Made by a program: the position numbers and the translations under genes. A stretch of 20,000 bases of DNA from an uncultured virus (IMG/VR IMGVR_UViG_3300028048_001320) (Duplodnaviria; Heunggongvirae; Uroviricota; Caudoviricetes), in IMG/VR virus record IMGVR_UViG_3300028048_001320. One strand, written 5' to 3'. The notes beneath the pieces are model-generated. The model was given only the letters and a program-made list of their open reading frames with translations, was not told the origin of the DNA and did no database searches. How positions within the stretch are numbered: the stretch's first letter is position 1; every line of letters begins with the position of its first letter. This document shows positions 1-8,709 of this stretch, one piece after another.

Positions 1-612
1 TGCGGCGACCTGCTCTTTACTTGCGCCGGGTGCTATTTCTATATAAAAATCATCTTTAAATAATTTAAGACAAAATTCAATAAAGTTAATAATATTATTA
101 TAAGCTACAACTTCTCCTTCTTTATCACCTGTTATTCGCGCATTTAATAAATTTAATATATTTGAAGATAATTCTCCACCGATACATGCGGAAGTTGCTA
201 TTAAATGACCTGGATTACTATTTATAATTTCTTCAAGTTCACTTTTTAACGTAGGAACTCTTTCCATACCTTTATCATAATATGAGTTAAGCCATGCATT
301 TGAACTAAGCTCACGCAACTGACGATGACCTTCCGCATCTTTAGCTATTAAAATAAAGTGATAATATTTTTGTCCTTTATCTCTTGTATCAGTTAAATAT
401 ATTTCATTTCCTATCGCAATTTTAAAATCAGGATATTTTTCTTGAAGTTGACAAATACGAACAGAGTTAGCTATTGTTTCATGGTCTGTAATAGCTAACC
501 CTGCTAAACCTATATCTATACCTCTTTTAACGAGGTTCTCTAATTTATTAATACTGTCAACTAAACGAAAGTTTGACATTTCTGTATGATTATGTGGACT
601 AAAACGTTTCAT
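1..612 (-). CDS. dnaE: DNA polymerase III alpha subunit (DnaE-type), N-terminal PHP domain; runs off the left edge of the window
   Basis: Not in the ORF track. Manual translation from ATG at 612 gives MKRFSPHNHTEMSNFRLVDSINK...GLAITDHE...IGNEIY...YYHFILIAKD..G...L..LSS...ATSACIGGEL...FYIEI, open to base 1 and carrying the hallmark PHP motifs of Pol III alpha. GGAG RBS and a promoter lie upstream. Confidence 0.93.
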   Translation of the reverse strand, partial: MKRFSPHNHTEMSNFRLVDSINKLENLVKRGIDIGLAGLAITDHETIANSVRICQLQEKYPDFKIAIGNEIYLTDTRDKGQKYYHFILIAKDAEGHRQLRELSSNAWLNSYYDKGMERVPTLKSELEEIINSNPGHLIATSACIGGELSSNILNLLNARITGDKEGEVVAYNNIINFIEFCLKLFKDDFYIEIAPGASKEQVAA

Positions 613-645
613 ATAATTTACTCCATTTCATTTGTTCTTATAATA

Positions 646-674
646 ATTTTATCATATTTTTTATAAAATGTCAA
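646..674 (-). promoter_or_regulatory. sigmaA/sigma70-type promoter for dnaE
   Basis: TTGACA (674-669), 17-bp spacer, TGA-TAAAAT extended -10 (651-646). Confidence 0.8.
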
Positions 675-681
675 TTTTGTA

Positions 682-987
682 TTACTCTTCTTTTTGTCTC
701 TTATCTAACTCTTGCATTAATGCAATATAATATTTATAATCTAAATCTTCAGCATCTTCTCCAATTTCATATAGATGCTCTCTTACGTTATCTAAAGCAT
801 GAAGTAATTCTTCATAAGATAACTTTTGTAAATTTTCATATACTTGTGGTGTCATCTTTTTACCCTCTCTTTTCCTTGACTGACTTCTTATCATAACTAT
901 TAATTGTAAAATACCAACTATTAAAATTAAAAATGAAAAATTGCCTACTAGCATTTCATTTATAATATTTTGTATCATTTGAATCAT
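682..987 (-). CDS. Small hypothetical protein with an N-terminal transmembrane helix; possible internal start at 855
   Basis: 101-aa ORF with GAGGA RBS; hydrophobic stretch FSFLILIVGILQLIVMI followed by basic RSQSRKR; second RBS (AGAGGG) 7 nt before the ATG at 855. Confidence 0.65.
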   Translation of the reverse strand: MIQMIQNIINEMLVGNFSFLILIVGILQLIVMIRSQSRKREGKKMTPQVYENLQKLSYEELLHALDNVREHLYEIGEDAEDLDYKYYIALMQELDKRQKEE

Positions 988-1011
988 TTGAAAATTCCTC
1001 TTTCCTTATAT

Positions 1012-2202
1012 TTATCTTACCACAACAACTTTTTCTTCTCCGCGAGTAATTGCGGTATACAGCCATCTTTTATGTTCCTCTGGCTGATATGGAAACTTCT
1101 CTTCTATAACAAGAACATTTTTCCAACTTGAACCTTGTGCTTTATGTGTAGTAATCGCATAAGCAAAAGTAAATTGATATGGTATAAGACTTGCATATCT
1201 TTGATTTCTACCTAATAAAAATTTTTGTTTTGAAGTTAAGCTAAATTCGCCTTTATCAATCATTTTTTTATCAATAGCTAAAGTTCCAAAATCATCATTC
1301 GTTTCTGTTACAAAATGACCAATATATGTTTTTATTTCATTGAAAGGTATTTTTGCAAAAGATGGAGTGCGTACATATGATTCAAAAGGATTATAAAAAT
1401 ATCCAATTGCGCCGTTGGTAAGAGCATTACCATTTTCTGAAAATGTTTCCCATGAATTGTTTAAATTAATAACTTTATCTCCATCGCATATTTCGCCTTC
1501 ATGACCAAGTAGTCTACGCATTTCATTATTAATATTTATTCTTGTTGCATTTGTAGCACACAAAATTATATCTGCCCATTCAAGCATACCTGTATTTAAC
1601 TCTGTTTTTGGTAATACAATAGCATCATTAGATTTAAAACCATCTATATTTTCACCATGTCTAACTTTCATACTAAGCTGAATGATTCCACTATCAGCTG
1701 CCTGACGCATAATCTCATCAAGGAAAATATGCGGATGGTCGAGTAGATGGTTGTCATCGTCCTTGTTAATTGGCGGTAACTGACCTGGGTCTCCGCAAAA
1801 TACTACATAAATATTCGGATAAGCAAGTAATCTTTCCATCATTTTTCTTGGTAACATACTACACTCATCAACTATAATTACTCTATATTCAAGCTCTGTT
1901 TTCGGCGTAAATATAAAAGAGCCATCAGGTCTTGGAATAGCTTTATACATTAATCTATGCGCGGTCATAGCATTTTTGTTACCTTTATCAATAAGCACTT
2001 GCGCAGCTTTGCCTGTATACGCACAAAAACATACATCAGTTTCTTCATGTACTCCATGTGCAGATAATGCATCTATCATAAATCTAACCAATGTACTTTT
2101 ACCGCTTCCCGCGTAGCCAGATATTACTGTATACTTGTCATGGTTTAAAAATCTTTCTATAACTATTTTTAAGCCTTCTTCTTGCTTTCTTGTTAGTTCC
2201 AT
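1012..2202 (-). CDS. Dda/RecD-like SF1B DNA helicase
   Basis: Walker A GYAGSGKST, Walker B IIVDECSM, GDPGQLPP, EIMRQ, AYAITTHKAQGS, LYTAITR; AGGAG RBS. Confidence 0.92.
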   Translation of the reverse strand: MELTRKQEEGLKIVIERFLNHDKYTVISGYAGSGKSTLVRFMIDALSAHGVHEETDVCFCAYTGKAAQVLIDKGNKNAMTAHRLMYKAIPRPDGSFIFTPKTELEYRVIIVDECSMLPRKMMERLLAYPNIYVVFCGDPGQLPPINKDDDNHLLDHPHIFLDEIMRQAADSGIIQLSMKVRHGENIDGFKSNDAIVLPKTELNTGMLEWADIILCATNATRININNEMRRLLGHEGEICDGDKVINLNNSWETFSENGNALTNGAIGYFYNPFESYVRTPSFAKIPFNEIKTYIGHFVTETNDDFGTLAIDKKMIDKGEFSLTSKQKFLLGRNQRYASLIPYQFTFAYAITTHKAQGSSWKNVLVIEEKFPYQPEEHKRWLYTAITRGEEKVVVVR

Positions 2203-2235
2203 TTTAGAATCTCCTAATATTTTTCTTCTATAAAT

Positions 2236-2264
2236 ATAATAACATATTTTTTAAGAAAAATCAA
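2236..2264 (-). promoter_or_regulatory. sigmaA-type promoter for the Dda-like helicase
   Basis: TTGATT (2264-2259), 17-bp spacer, TGT-TATTAT (2241-2236). Confidence 0.7.
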
Positions 2265-2270
2265 TAAAAA

Positions 2271-2344
2271 CAAAAATTGGGGCGAAAAAGTTGAAAACCT
2301 GTTTTTGTTTCAGATTACAGTCATCTTCGCCCCAAGCAAAAATT
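2271..2344. repeat. GC-rich inverted repeat (large hairpin; terminator-like or MITE-like) flanked by short direct repeats
   Basis: TTGGGGCGAA (2277-2286) pairs with TTCGCCCCAA (2326-2335); CAAAAATT occurs at 2271-2278 and 2337-2344; followed by a U-rich tract on the minus strand. Confidence 0.7.
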
Positions 2345-2358
2345 TTTAAATTTGTCAA

Positions 2359-2373
2359 TTAAAAATAATATTT
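2359..2373 (-). repeat. Duplicated 3' end of recJ (K-Y-Y-F-stop) downstream of the homing endonuclease
   Basis: Minus-strand AAATATTATTTTTAA here versus AAGTATTATTTTTAA at 3081-3067: 14/15 identical, the difference is synonymous. Confidence 0.75.
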
Positions 2374-2374
2374 A

Positions 2375-3055
2375 TTATATATATTGCCAATGATAGCCTC
2401 CAGCAGTTTTTTGTACTCCTCTACAAGCTGCGCTAATGCTAGTATGATTAATGCCAGTTTTTTCTTCCGCTTGACGAGTTGATTCATAAATTATATTAGT
2501 TTCAATACATTTACATCTTTTTCCATTACTATGTTTATTATAATTTGGATTATTATACCCCTTCATACGCTCACTATGCTGCTGTTTCCATTCTTTAGTA
2601 TGAGGTTTGTGATTACATCCACCTTGTTTTTTCATAAAATCTGATTGCTGTTTAGCCTTTTCTTTGCCTTTTTTAGTTTGATAAAAAGTTTTTAGTCCAT
2701 TACTAATATTATCTTTTTGTTGTTTTGTTAATTTATGACCTTTCCCACCGTCCCCGCCAGGTGTTAGATTATAATGATTTGAATTTTCATATGTGTTAAA
2801 AAATTTTATCCAATATTTTTCTCTTTCATTTGCTATTTTATTATAGTCTTTTTCTTCTATTATTTCAATAATAGAAAAAGTAAAATTATTTTCTCCATAT
2901 GTTCTTATAGCAATATGAATAGGATAATTATCTTTTTTTCTTCTTGCATCAGATTTATGTTCAACCCATCTATGATAAATATCTTTAGCTTTACCTATAT
3001 ACATATGATGATTAACATTATTTTCAATTTTATAAATACCACTTATCTTTTCCAT
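2375..3055 (-). CDS. Free-standing GIY-YIG homing endonuclease with NUMOD3-like and NUMOD1/IENR1-like DNA-binding modules (Seg/I-BmoI-like)
   Basis: SGIYKIEN...MYIGKA, catalytic R (HRW), E (EREKYWI), YNLTPGG; NUMOD3-like GHKLTKQQKDNIS and HTKEWKQQHSERMKG..NPNY; C-terminal HTH YESTRQAEEKTGINHTSISAACRG..KTAGGYHW; GAGGA RBS. Confidence 0.9.
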   Translation of the reverse strand: MEKISGIYKIENNVNHHMYIGKAKDIYHRWVEHKSDARRKKDNYPIHIAIRTYGENNFTFSIIEIIEEKDYNKIANEREKYWIKFFNTYENSNHYNLTPGGDGGKGHKLTKQQKDNISNGLKTFYQTKKGKEKAKQQSDFMKKQGGCNHKPHTKEWKQQHSERMKGYNNPNYNKHSNGKRCKCIETNIIYESTRQAEEKTGINHTSISAACRGVQKTAGGYHWQYI

Positions 3056-3066
3056 GATATTTCCTC

Positions 3067-4827
3067 TTAAAAATAATACTTTGAACTATCAACAATATTA
3101 AAATCTTCAATAAAAATTTGTGGAGTTATAATACCCATATAATTATTGGCATTACATTTTCCAACTATATCCATTTCTATGTAACCATTATTATTTTTGG
3201 TTAATTTATCACATAACTCTTCATCAGCATTAAACTTCATAATACTAACTCCATTAGTTAAACTAATTTTAATGGTATTAGTTGATTTTCTATATATATC
3301 CACCATATTAGGTGTAATTTTTAAACTTTCTATCGCAATAAAAGGTTCAGATAATTCAGTACCCCAATAGTTCTCCATATTTGCTATATCAAGTAGTGTA
3401 TTAGCATCTACTTGTTGACCTTTAAATATATAATCTACATAATAAACAGGTTCATCAGACATATCTACTAAAGCATCGTTCATATACTTTATAAACTGTT
3501 CAATATCTTTTTTATATATCTTCAAACCAAAGGCATTAGGATGCCCTATGGCATACTCTATTAAATTGCTATCTAAACACATTTGCTTAAAATCAGTAAC
3601 TCCAGCTAAAGAGCAACCGCGCGCGCTTCCCGCATAAGCATCCTCTTTCTTATCTTTTGTTAATATACAACAAGGACGCTGATATTTTGCCATAAATTTA
3701 TTAGCTATTAATCCGCGCACTTCCGCAGGTACATTACTTTTTTCATCAAGAAGTAAAATTAATACTTTGCAATTATCAAGCAAATTATAATCTTTAATCT
3801 GTTTTTCAAGTTTTTCAAGAGAAGCATCTTGTACTCTTGTTTGTCTATTTTTTACATTAGTGCTAGTTCTTACCGCTTGTTCTACTATTGTCTCCATCTC
3901 ACCAAGCTTATGACCTCGTTTAGTGGAAGGCACCTTTTCAAAAGCATAATACTGAACCATACTTTTAAATACCAATTGTTTTTCTTCTAATGTACCACTT
4001 CTTTGTATTGCATTAAGTAGCGGAACGATATAAAATGCAGCTCCAGTAGGGGTAATTTTATCTCCAAGTTTAAAAGCATTTTTTTGTGCCATATGATATA
4101 AAAATGGATTATGAAGATTCAATAATCCAGCTTGAATTAATGCTTTAGTCTCAACCGACCTAATATCCATCATATCGGCAACTAAACCTATTGCAACTAA
4201 ATCGAGATATTGGTCTGCATATTGAGTTGACATTACAGAATCAAAAAATCTACAAAATTGCCATACTACTCCAACTCCGCTTAGGGCTTTGTTTGGATAA
4301 TTACTATAACCATCTTGATTATTTATAATAACTGCATATGGGTTTTCAGTATCAAAATCATGGTGGTCAAGAATTAATACTTCTATACCATGTTCTGATA
4401 ACATTTGACATTCATCTTTATCATTACTACCCGCGTCTGGGCATAACACAAATTTAAAATCATTTTCAATTATATAATCAACACAATCATTTAATCCATG
4501 TTGTTTTCCATCATGGAAATAAATTTTAATATTAGAAACCCATTGTGGAAAGAAATTATATAAATAATTTAGTAATAATGCAGAGCTAGTATTACCATCC
4601 ACATCAGGGTCAACAATAATAATAGTTTTACTATTATCTTTAATATGTTTACTTAATATTTGTACTGCTTTCTGCATTATATCTATGCCGAAAGCTTCCG
4701 GATTATTGATGTCTTTTAATGATGCATTAATATATTTATTGAGCTGATTTTCTGTAATACCTCTATTAAATAGCACCTGCGCGCGGGCATTATTCCAGGT
4801 TACAGGTGCTATTAACTGATATTTCAT
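3067..4827 (-). CDS. recJ: RecJ-like ssDNA 5'-3' exonuclease (DHH/DHHA1)
   Basis: DPDVDG, CPD, LDHH, LSGVGV, GLVAD, GSARG and GHPNAFG motifs; start overlaps the upstream stop (TAATG). Confidence 0.92.
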   Translation of the reverse strand: MKYQLIAPVTWNNARAQVLFNRGITENQLNKYINASLKDINNPEAFGIDIMQKAVQILSKHIKDNSKTIIIVDPDVDGNTSSALLLNYLYNFFPQWVSNIKIYFHDGKQHGLNDCVDYIIENDFKFVLCPDAGSNDKDECQMLSEHGIEVLILDHHDFDTENPYAVIINNQDGYSNYPNKALSGVGVVWQFCRFFDSVMSTQYADQYLDLVAIGLVADMMDIRSVETKALIQAGLLNLHNPFLYHMAQKNAFKLGDKITPTGAAFYIVPLLNAIQRSGTLEEKQLVFKSMVQYYAFEKVPSTKRGHKLGEMETIVEQAVRTSTNVKNRQTRVQDASLEKLEKQIKDYNLLDNCKVLILLLDEKSNVPAEVRGLIANKFMAKYQRPCCILTKDKKEDAYAGSARGCSLAGVTDFKQMCLDSNLIEYAIGHPNAFGLKIYKKDIEQFIKYMNDALVDMSDEPVYYVDYIFKGQQVDANTLLDIANMENYWGTELSEPFIAIESLKITPNMVDIYRKSTNTIKISLTNGVSIMKFNADEELCDKLTKNNNGYIEMDIVGKCNANNYMGIITPQIFIEDFNIVDSSKYYF

Positions 4828-5297
4828 TAATCTTCTTTAATCCAATCTTTAAAAATATTATTAAAGTAATTAGTATCTCCAAACATATGTTTGATTATTG
4901 CTATTGCAAAACCTTTTTCTGCATCGTATTTATCGCCTTCCTGACATTTAACGATAGTCTTTTCACCATTCTTCCATAGAATAATAGTATAAGGCTCATT
5001 GAATATTACATTCTTTATTTTGCAACTAAATCTATCAATCTCTACTCTTTTATTATTTTCAATTTTCTTTTTGAGTAATTCTTCTGCTTCTTTAGCTTTC
5101 TTCTCTGTAACATCCTTTAATAGATAGTCAAGCATATCATCATCATAGAAAGAACGTGTAGAACAATTAATTGTTGAAGCAGGCTTTGCTATTGAACTCC
5201 TTGTACGTTCCATATCTTCAATAACACCAAGCCATGATGGGTTTTTTGTAAAATTTGCATTAATTGTTTCATCCGATATCATAAAGTTTCTTATCAT
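4827..5297 (-). CDS. Conserved phage hypothetical protein
   Basis: 156-aa ORF with AGAGGT RBS and its own promoter; C-terminal IKNVIFNEPYTIILWKNGEKTIVKC...D.EKGFAIAI resembles a widespread uncharacterised phage domain. Confidence 0.75.
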   Translation of the reverse strand: MIRNFMISDETINANFTKNPSWLGVIEDMERTRSSIAKPASTINCSTRSFYDDDMLDYLLKDVTEKKAKEAEELLKKKIENNKRVEIDRFSCKIKNVIFNEPYTIILWKNGEKTIVKCQEGDKYDAEKGFAIAIIKHMFGDTNYFNNIFKDWIKED

Positions 5298-5334
5298 TTT
5301 TATTTACCTCTTTTTATTTATTTTTATATATAAT

Positions 5335-5363
5335 ATTATATCATAATTTTTTCTGAAAGTCAA
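5335..5363 (-). promoter_or_regulatory. sigmaA-type promoter; -35 overlaps the primase stop codon
   Basis: TTGACT (5363-5358), 17-bp spacer, TGA-TATAAT (5340-5335). Confidence 0.85.
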
Positions 5364-6472
5364 TCCAAAGTAATTCTATCTTCTAACATTTCAAGGAATA
5401 TCTGTTTCCCGCCATCTATAGGACTAGCCTTATAATCTAATTTATTATTTATATCAAACATAAAACTTATTTTAACATATTTTCCATATTTTTCATGGAT
5501 ACTCTGTAATTTTTTAGTCCATCGTTTCCATTCTTCATCTCCAGCTTTTTGAAACTGTTTATCAAAAGCAACAACTATTTCTTCAACACCTAAAGACATT
5601 AATAATAGAAATTGATGTATGGTCAAATTGCTTCCGCAAGTTGCCACTGTTATATCATTATCCATGCCAAAATATGAAGCATAACCTAAACAGAATTTTT
5701 CACCTTCTCCTACGATGGCTATTTTAAATTGCTTAATTTTATCTTTACTTTTATTTATATTATATAAATTAAAACCTAAAGGATGATTGTACATTTTTCC
5801 ATTTATGATTGCGGGCATGTATTTTCCACGTTCTTCATTTTCTTTAACAAGTGTACGCTCTCTAATTCCAATTAAATTATTATTTATATCACGATGTGGA
5901 ATAACAATACCCCAGTTATAAGGGTCGAAGCGGATGCCCCTATCAATCATTACTTCTTCTGTAATACCTTCTTTTAACCATGGCCCTATTGGACGATAGG
6001 TTAAGTGTTCCAATATTGCGGGATTAAAAACCTTCATTTCAATTGTCGTTTGCTGTGTGTCTACAGCATTATTTCTTTCATATTTATCAAAAATTGAAAA
6101 ATCTATAATGTTGTCCACATTTTTAGAAAAATCGTTGACAACATCAAGCCCGAAATAATTTATAATATAAATTTGAGCATCATATAAAGACCATTCTATT
6201 CCAGATTGGAGCTTCATGATTTTTCGAGTCAAGTCAAAGATGTCAAATCCTGCGGTTTCCGCACATTCTGTATAGCACTTAAATAATTTTGTATTTTCAT
6301 AATAATACAATTTATGCGAAGCATCAGAATTTGGCGGATTATGACAAATTGTACGAGACACTAAAGCTCCTATACGTTTCATGGGGTCTCCGCCATGGTC
6401 TGCTAAAAACTGTTCTATTTGTTCTATTGTTAAAGAGTTTTTAATTTCATCTTTATCAAAATTAATGCTCAT
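5360..6472 (-). CDS. DnaG-like DNA primase (Zn-binding domain + TOPRIM)
   Basis: N-terminal ICHN...CYTEC Zn site; IVIPHRD...IGIRER; KY; LYNIN; TOPRIM GEGE and VAFD; adjacent to the DnaB-like helicase. Confidence 0.85.
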   Translation of the reverse strand: MSINFDKDEIKNSLTIEQIEQFLADHGGDPMKRIGALVSRTICHNPPNSDASHKLYYYENTKLFKCYTECAETAGFDIFDLTRKIMKLQSGIEWSLYDAQIYIINYFGLDVVNDFSKNVDNIIDFSIFDKYERNNAVDTQQTTIEMKVFNPAILEHLTYRPIGPWLKEGITEEVMIDRGIRFDPYNWGIVIPHRDINNNLIGIRERTLVKENEERGKYMPAIINGKMYNHPLGFNLYNINKSKDKIKQFKIAIVGEGEKFCLGYASYFGMDNDITVATCGSNLTIHQFLLLMSLGVEEIVVAFDKQFQKAGDEEWKRWTKKLQSIHEKYGKYVKISFMFDINNKLDYKASPIDGGKQIFLEMLEDRITLD

Positions 6473-8017
6473 TTAAAATGCACTCTCCCAATTTTCTGTT
6501 TTTGGTTTTATATTAATTATTAAATCTTCTATTTCAATAGGTTCATATAAATACGAAGTAATAAACTGAGGTTCTAATCTACATATACCTAAGTCCGGAT
6601 TACACCAAAGGAAAATGTGATTATACCTACCTCGTCTATTCTTATATATAGATATTTTTAACGTTGGCATATTAAAACCATTTTTAGAACAAAATACTTT
6701 TAACGACTCTCTATCTTGTTCTGTTACTGGAAGTAATATCATACCAGCATCAACCTTATCTGCAATTGCTTTCGCGCCTCTTAATAAATTTTGGTCAAAT
6801 GATTTAGATTCAATATAATCACCATTTAACTGAGTTGCGGTAAGTATAAAAACTCCATACTGCTGTGCTATATCTTTTAGCCTTACGCTAATCATAAATA
6901 GGATATTATCTTCTCTTAATCCTTTTACATTAGCTTTTCCGCTAATCTCACTTAAAATTTTAATACTTGAATGTATGTAATCAAAACATACATATCTTAC
7001 ATTATGCTTGCGGATACCAAGTTTAATAATATTTTCTACGTCCTGTAAACTAAAGTCAGGAAGTTCTTTAATGAATAAAGGACTTCTATCTAGTATCTTT
7101 ATTGCTTTTTTAACTCTTTCGTCCTCTTCTTCACTAAGTTTATTTTCAAGAATTTTATCTTCTGATACACCCGCAATAAAAGCCCACAGCATTGTTTGGA
7201 TTTCGTCTTTCTTTTGCTCTGTTGTTATAAAAATTGTAGGTTCTGCTGTACCATTTTTCTTCCATTCCTTTGTGACAACATCATAAAGTTCATCACAAGC
7301 AAAATTACAGGCATCTGCAATCATATATCTAGTCTTACCAAAGTTAGTTGGTGCAGAACGAAGAAATACACAACCAAATCTAGCACCTCTAAAAATTTTA
7401 TTAATATACTTTCCGCACATTGGATAGCCAACATTCGGTGCTTTCTTCAATTCATTATATAAATCTTCAGCACCTTCAGAAGCTAATACAATATCATCTG
7501 AACCATTATCTACAAATTTTACCTTAATTTCTTCAATTTTGTCATTTATTAAATCTGCTATTTCAACAAGAGAATGATTATCTAACCAATCTTCTTGCTG
7601 TTGTTTCTTTTTTATATCTATAACATTATTGGCATCATAAATAGAACTTACATCTACTCCATGACTATCATACATACGAAGTAGTGTAAACTTTTTCATT
7701 CTTTTATAATAATAATCAAAAGTAGCGACTGATACAGATTCTATACATTTCTGCAGCCACTCTGCGCCATTATATGCTTTATAAACCGCAAACTTTTTGT
7801 CTCTCTGTTCAAGATAATCTTCTATTGTATTAATTGTAATCACTTTTGCACCAAGCGCATGAAGATTATATATTGAACCAAACATAATTCTATGAAAGTC
7901 TTGCGGGAAATCTTCTTCATTAAATTTATACTGTACATCATCTAATAGGGAAGGGTTTTGAAAAATACTACCTATTACTTGAATAATTGATTTTGTGTCT
8001 ATGTAGTTACTCTTCAT
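6473..8017 (-). CDS. dnaB: DnaB-like (SF4) replicative helicase
   Basis: Walker A SAPTNFGKT, FITTEQ, Walker B VCFDYI, ATQLN, KNRRG arginine finger. Start placed at 8017 because GGAGG (8028-8024) abuts the ATG at 8023 but is 6 nt from the ATG at 8017. Confidence 0.88.
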   Translation of the reverse strand: MKSNYIDTKSIIQVIGSIFQNPSLLDDVQYKFNEEDFPQDFHRIMFGSIYNLHALGAKVITINTIEDYLEQRDKKFAVYKAYNGAEWLQKCIESVSVATFDYYYKRMKKFTLLRMYDSHGVDVSSIYDANNVIDIKKKQQQEDWLDNHSLVEIADLINDKIEEIKVKFVDNGSDDIVLASEGAEDLYNELKKAPNVGYPMCGKYINKIFRGARFGCVFLRSAPTNFGKTRYMIADACNFACDELYDVVTKEWKKNGTAEPTIFITTEQKKDEIQTMLWAFIAGVSEDKILENKLSEEEDERVKKAIKILDRSPLFIKELPDFSLQDVENIIKLGIRKHNVRYVCFDYIHSSIKILSEISGKANVKGLREDNILFMISVRLKDIAQQYGVFILTATQLNGDYIESKSFDQNLLRGAKAIADKVDAGMILLPVTEQDRESLKVFCSKNGFNMPTLKISIYKNRRGRYNHIFLWCNPDLGICRLEPQFITSYLYEPIEIEDLIINIKPKTENWESAF

Positions 8018-8537
8018 CTTCATCCTCCATATCTAAATTAAATAGTTTGGGCGGCAGCACCTTTGCAACCGGCGCGTCAATTTCAATTTCTACACTGGAT
8101 GTTTTATAATCACCAGTCCCCGCCCTCTGTGCTGCTAAATAAATTTCATAATAGTAATTATATGCTTGAGAATAACAAAAAGGTATAATACCTATTGAGC
8201 CTTCTCTTAATTTTGCTTTTGAGTTGCCTTTAACTTCATAAAAATAAAGTAAACTTTTAAGCATGCCACTATATGTATATTGATAATCTTTAATCCACGC
8301 ATCAGTTATTTTTTTAAACTGAACAAAATTAAAATTATCTCCTTGTTCTTTTTTTACATATTGATATAATTCATCAAAATCTTTTTCTTCTTGTGTTTTC
8401 TTTGTTTCTTGTTCCTGTCCACATTTAACATGTGCATATCTATTACTTCTTGGTTTAAACCATGTAATACCTTCTTCCTCAGGAACAATATTAAAATGTT
8501 CTCCACAATATAAACATTTTACAATATGTTGAGCCAT
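8007..8537 (-). CDS. Zn-finger protein upstream of the helicase; possible helicase loader or replication accessory factor
   Basis: CLYC...HVKC motif, acidic C-terminal tail, AAGGAG RBS, overlaps the helicase start; function inferred from position only. Confidence 0.7.
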   Translation of the reverse strand: MAQHIVKCLYCGEHFNIVPEEEGITWFKPRSNRYAHVKCGQEQETKKTQEEKDFDELYQYVKKEQGDNFNFVQFKKITDAWIKDYQYTYSGMLKSLLYFYEVKGNSKAKLREGSIGIIPFCYSQAYNYYYEIYLAAQRAGTGDYKTSSVEIEIDAPVAKVLPPKLFNLDMEDEDEE

Positions 8538-8539
8538 AA

Positions 8540-8686
8540 TTACTCCTTATCAAGTATTTGAGTCATTAAATTTAATAAGTTATTAATTTTCTTTGCAGAA
8601 TTTAATGGAATATCCATATCTTTAACCAGAATTACTTGTATTTTTTTTATTATTTCTTTTACTGCATCATTTTTATTTTTACTCAT
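8540..8686 (-). CDS. 48-aa small protein, below the ORF-track cutoff
   Basis: MSKNKNDAVKEIIKKIQVILVKDMDIPLNSAKKINNLLNLMTQILDKE*; AAGGAAG RBS, dedicated promoter, stop 2 nt before the next ATG. Confidence 0.7.
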   Translation of the reverse strand: MSKNKNDAVKEIIKKIQVILVKDMDIPLNSAKKINNLLNLMTQILDKE

Positions 8687-8709
8687 AAAATCACTTCCTT
8701 TTTTATTTT

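Noticed and set aside
2375..3055. Group I intron around the GIY-YIG gene
   Set aside because: recJ is complete with its own stop, the endonuclease has its own RBS, and there is no room for a ribozyme core
7008..7462. Plus-strand ORFs 7008-7286 and 7196-7462
   Set aside because: Antisense shadows of dnaB with no RBS or recognisable motifs
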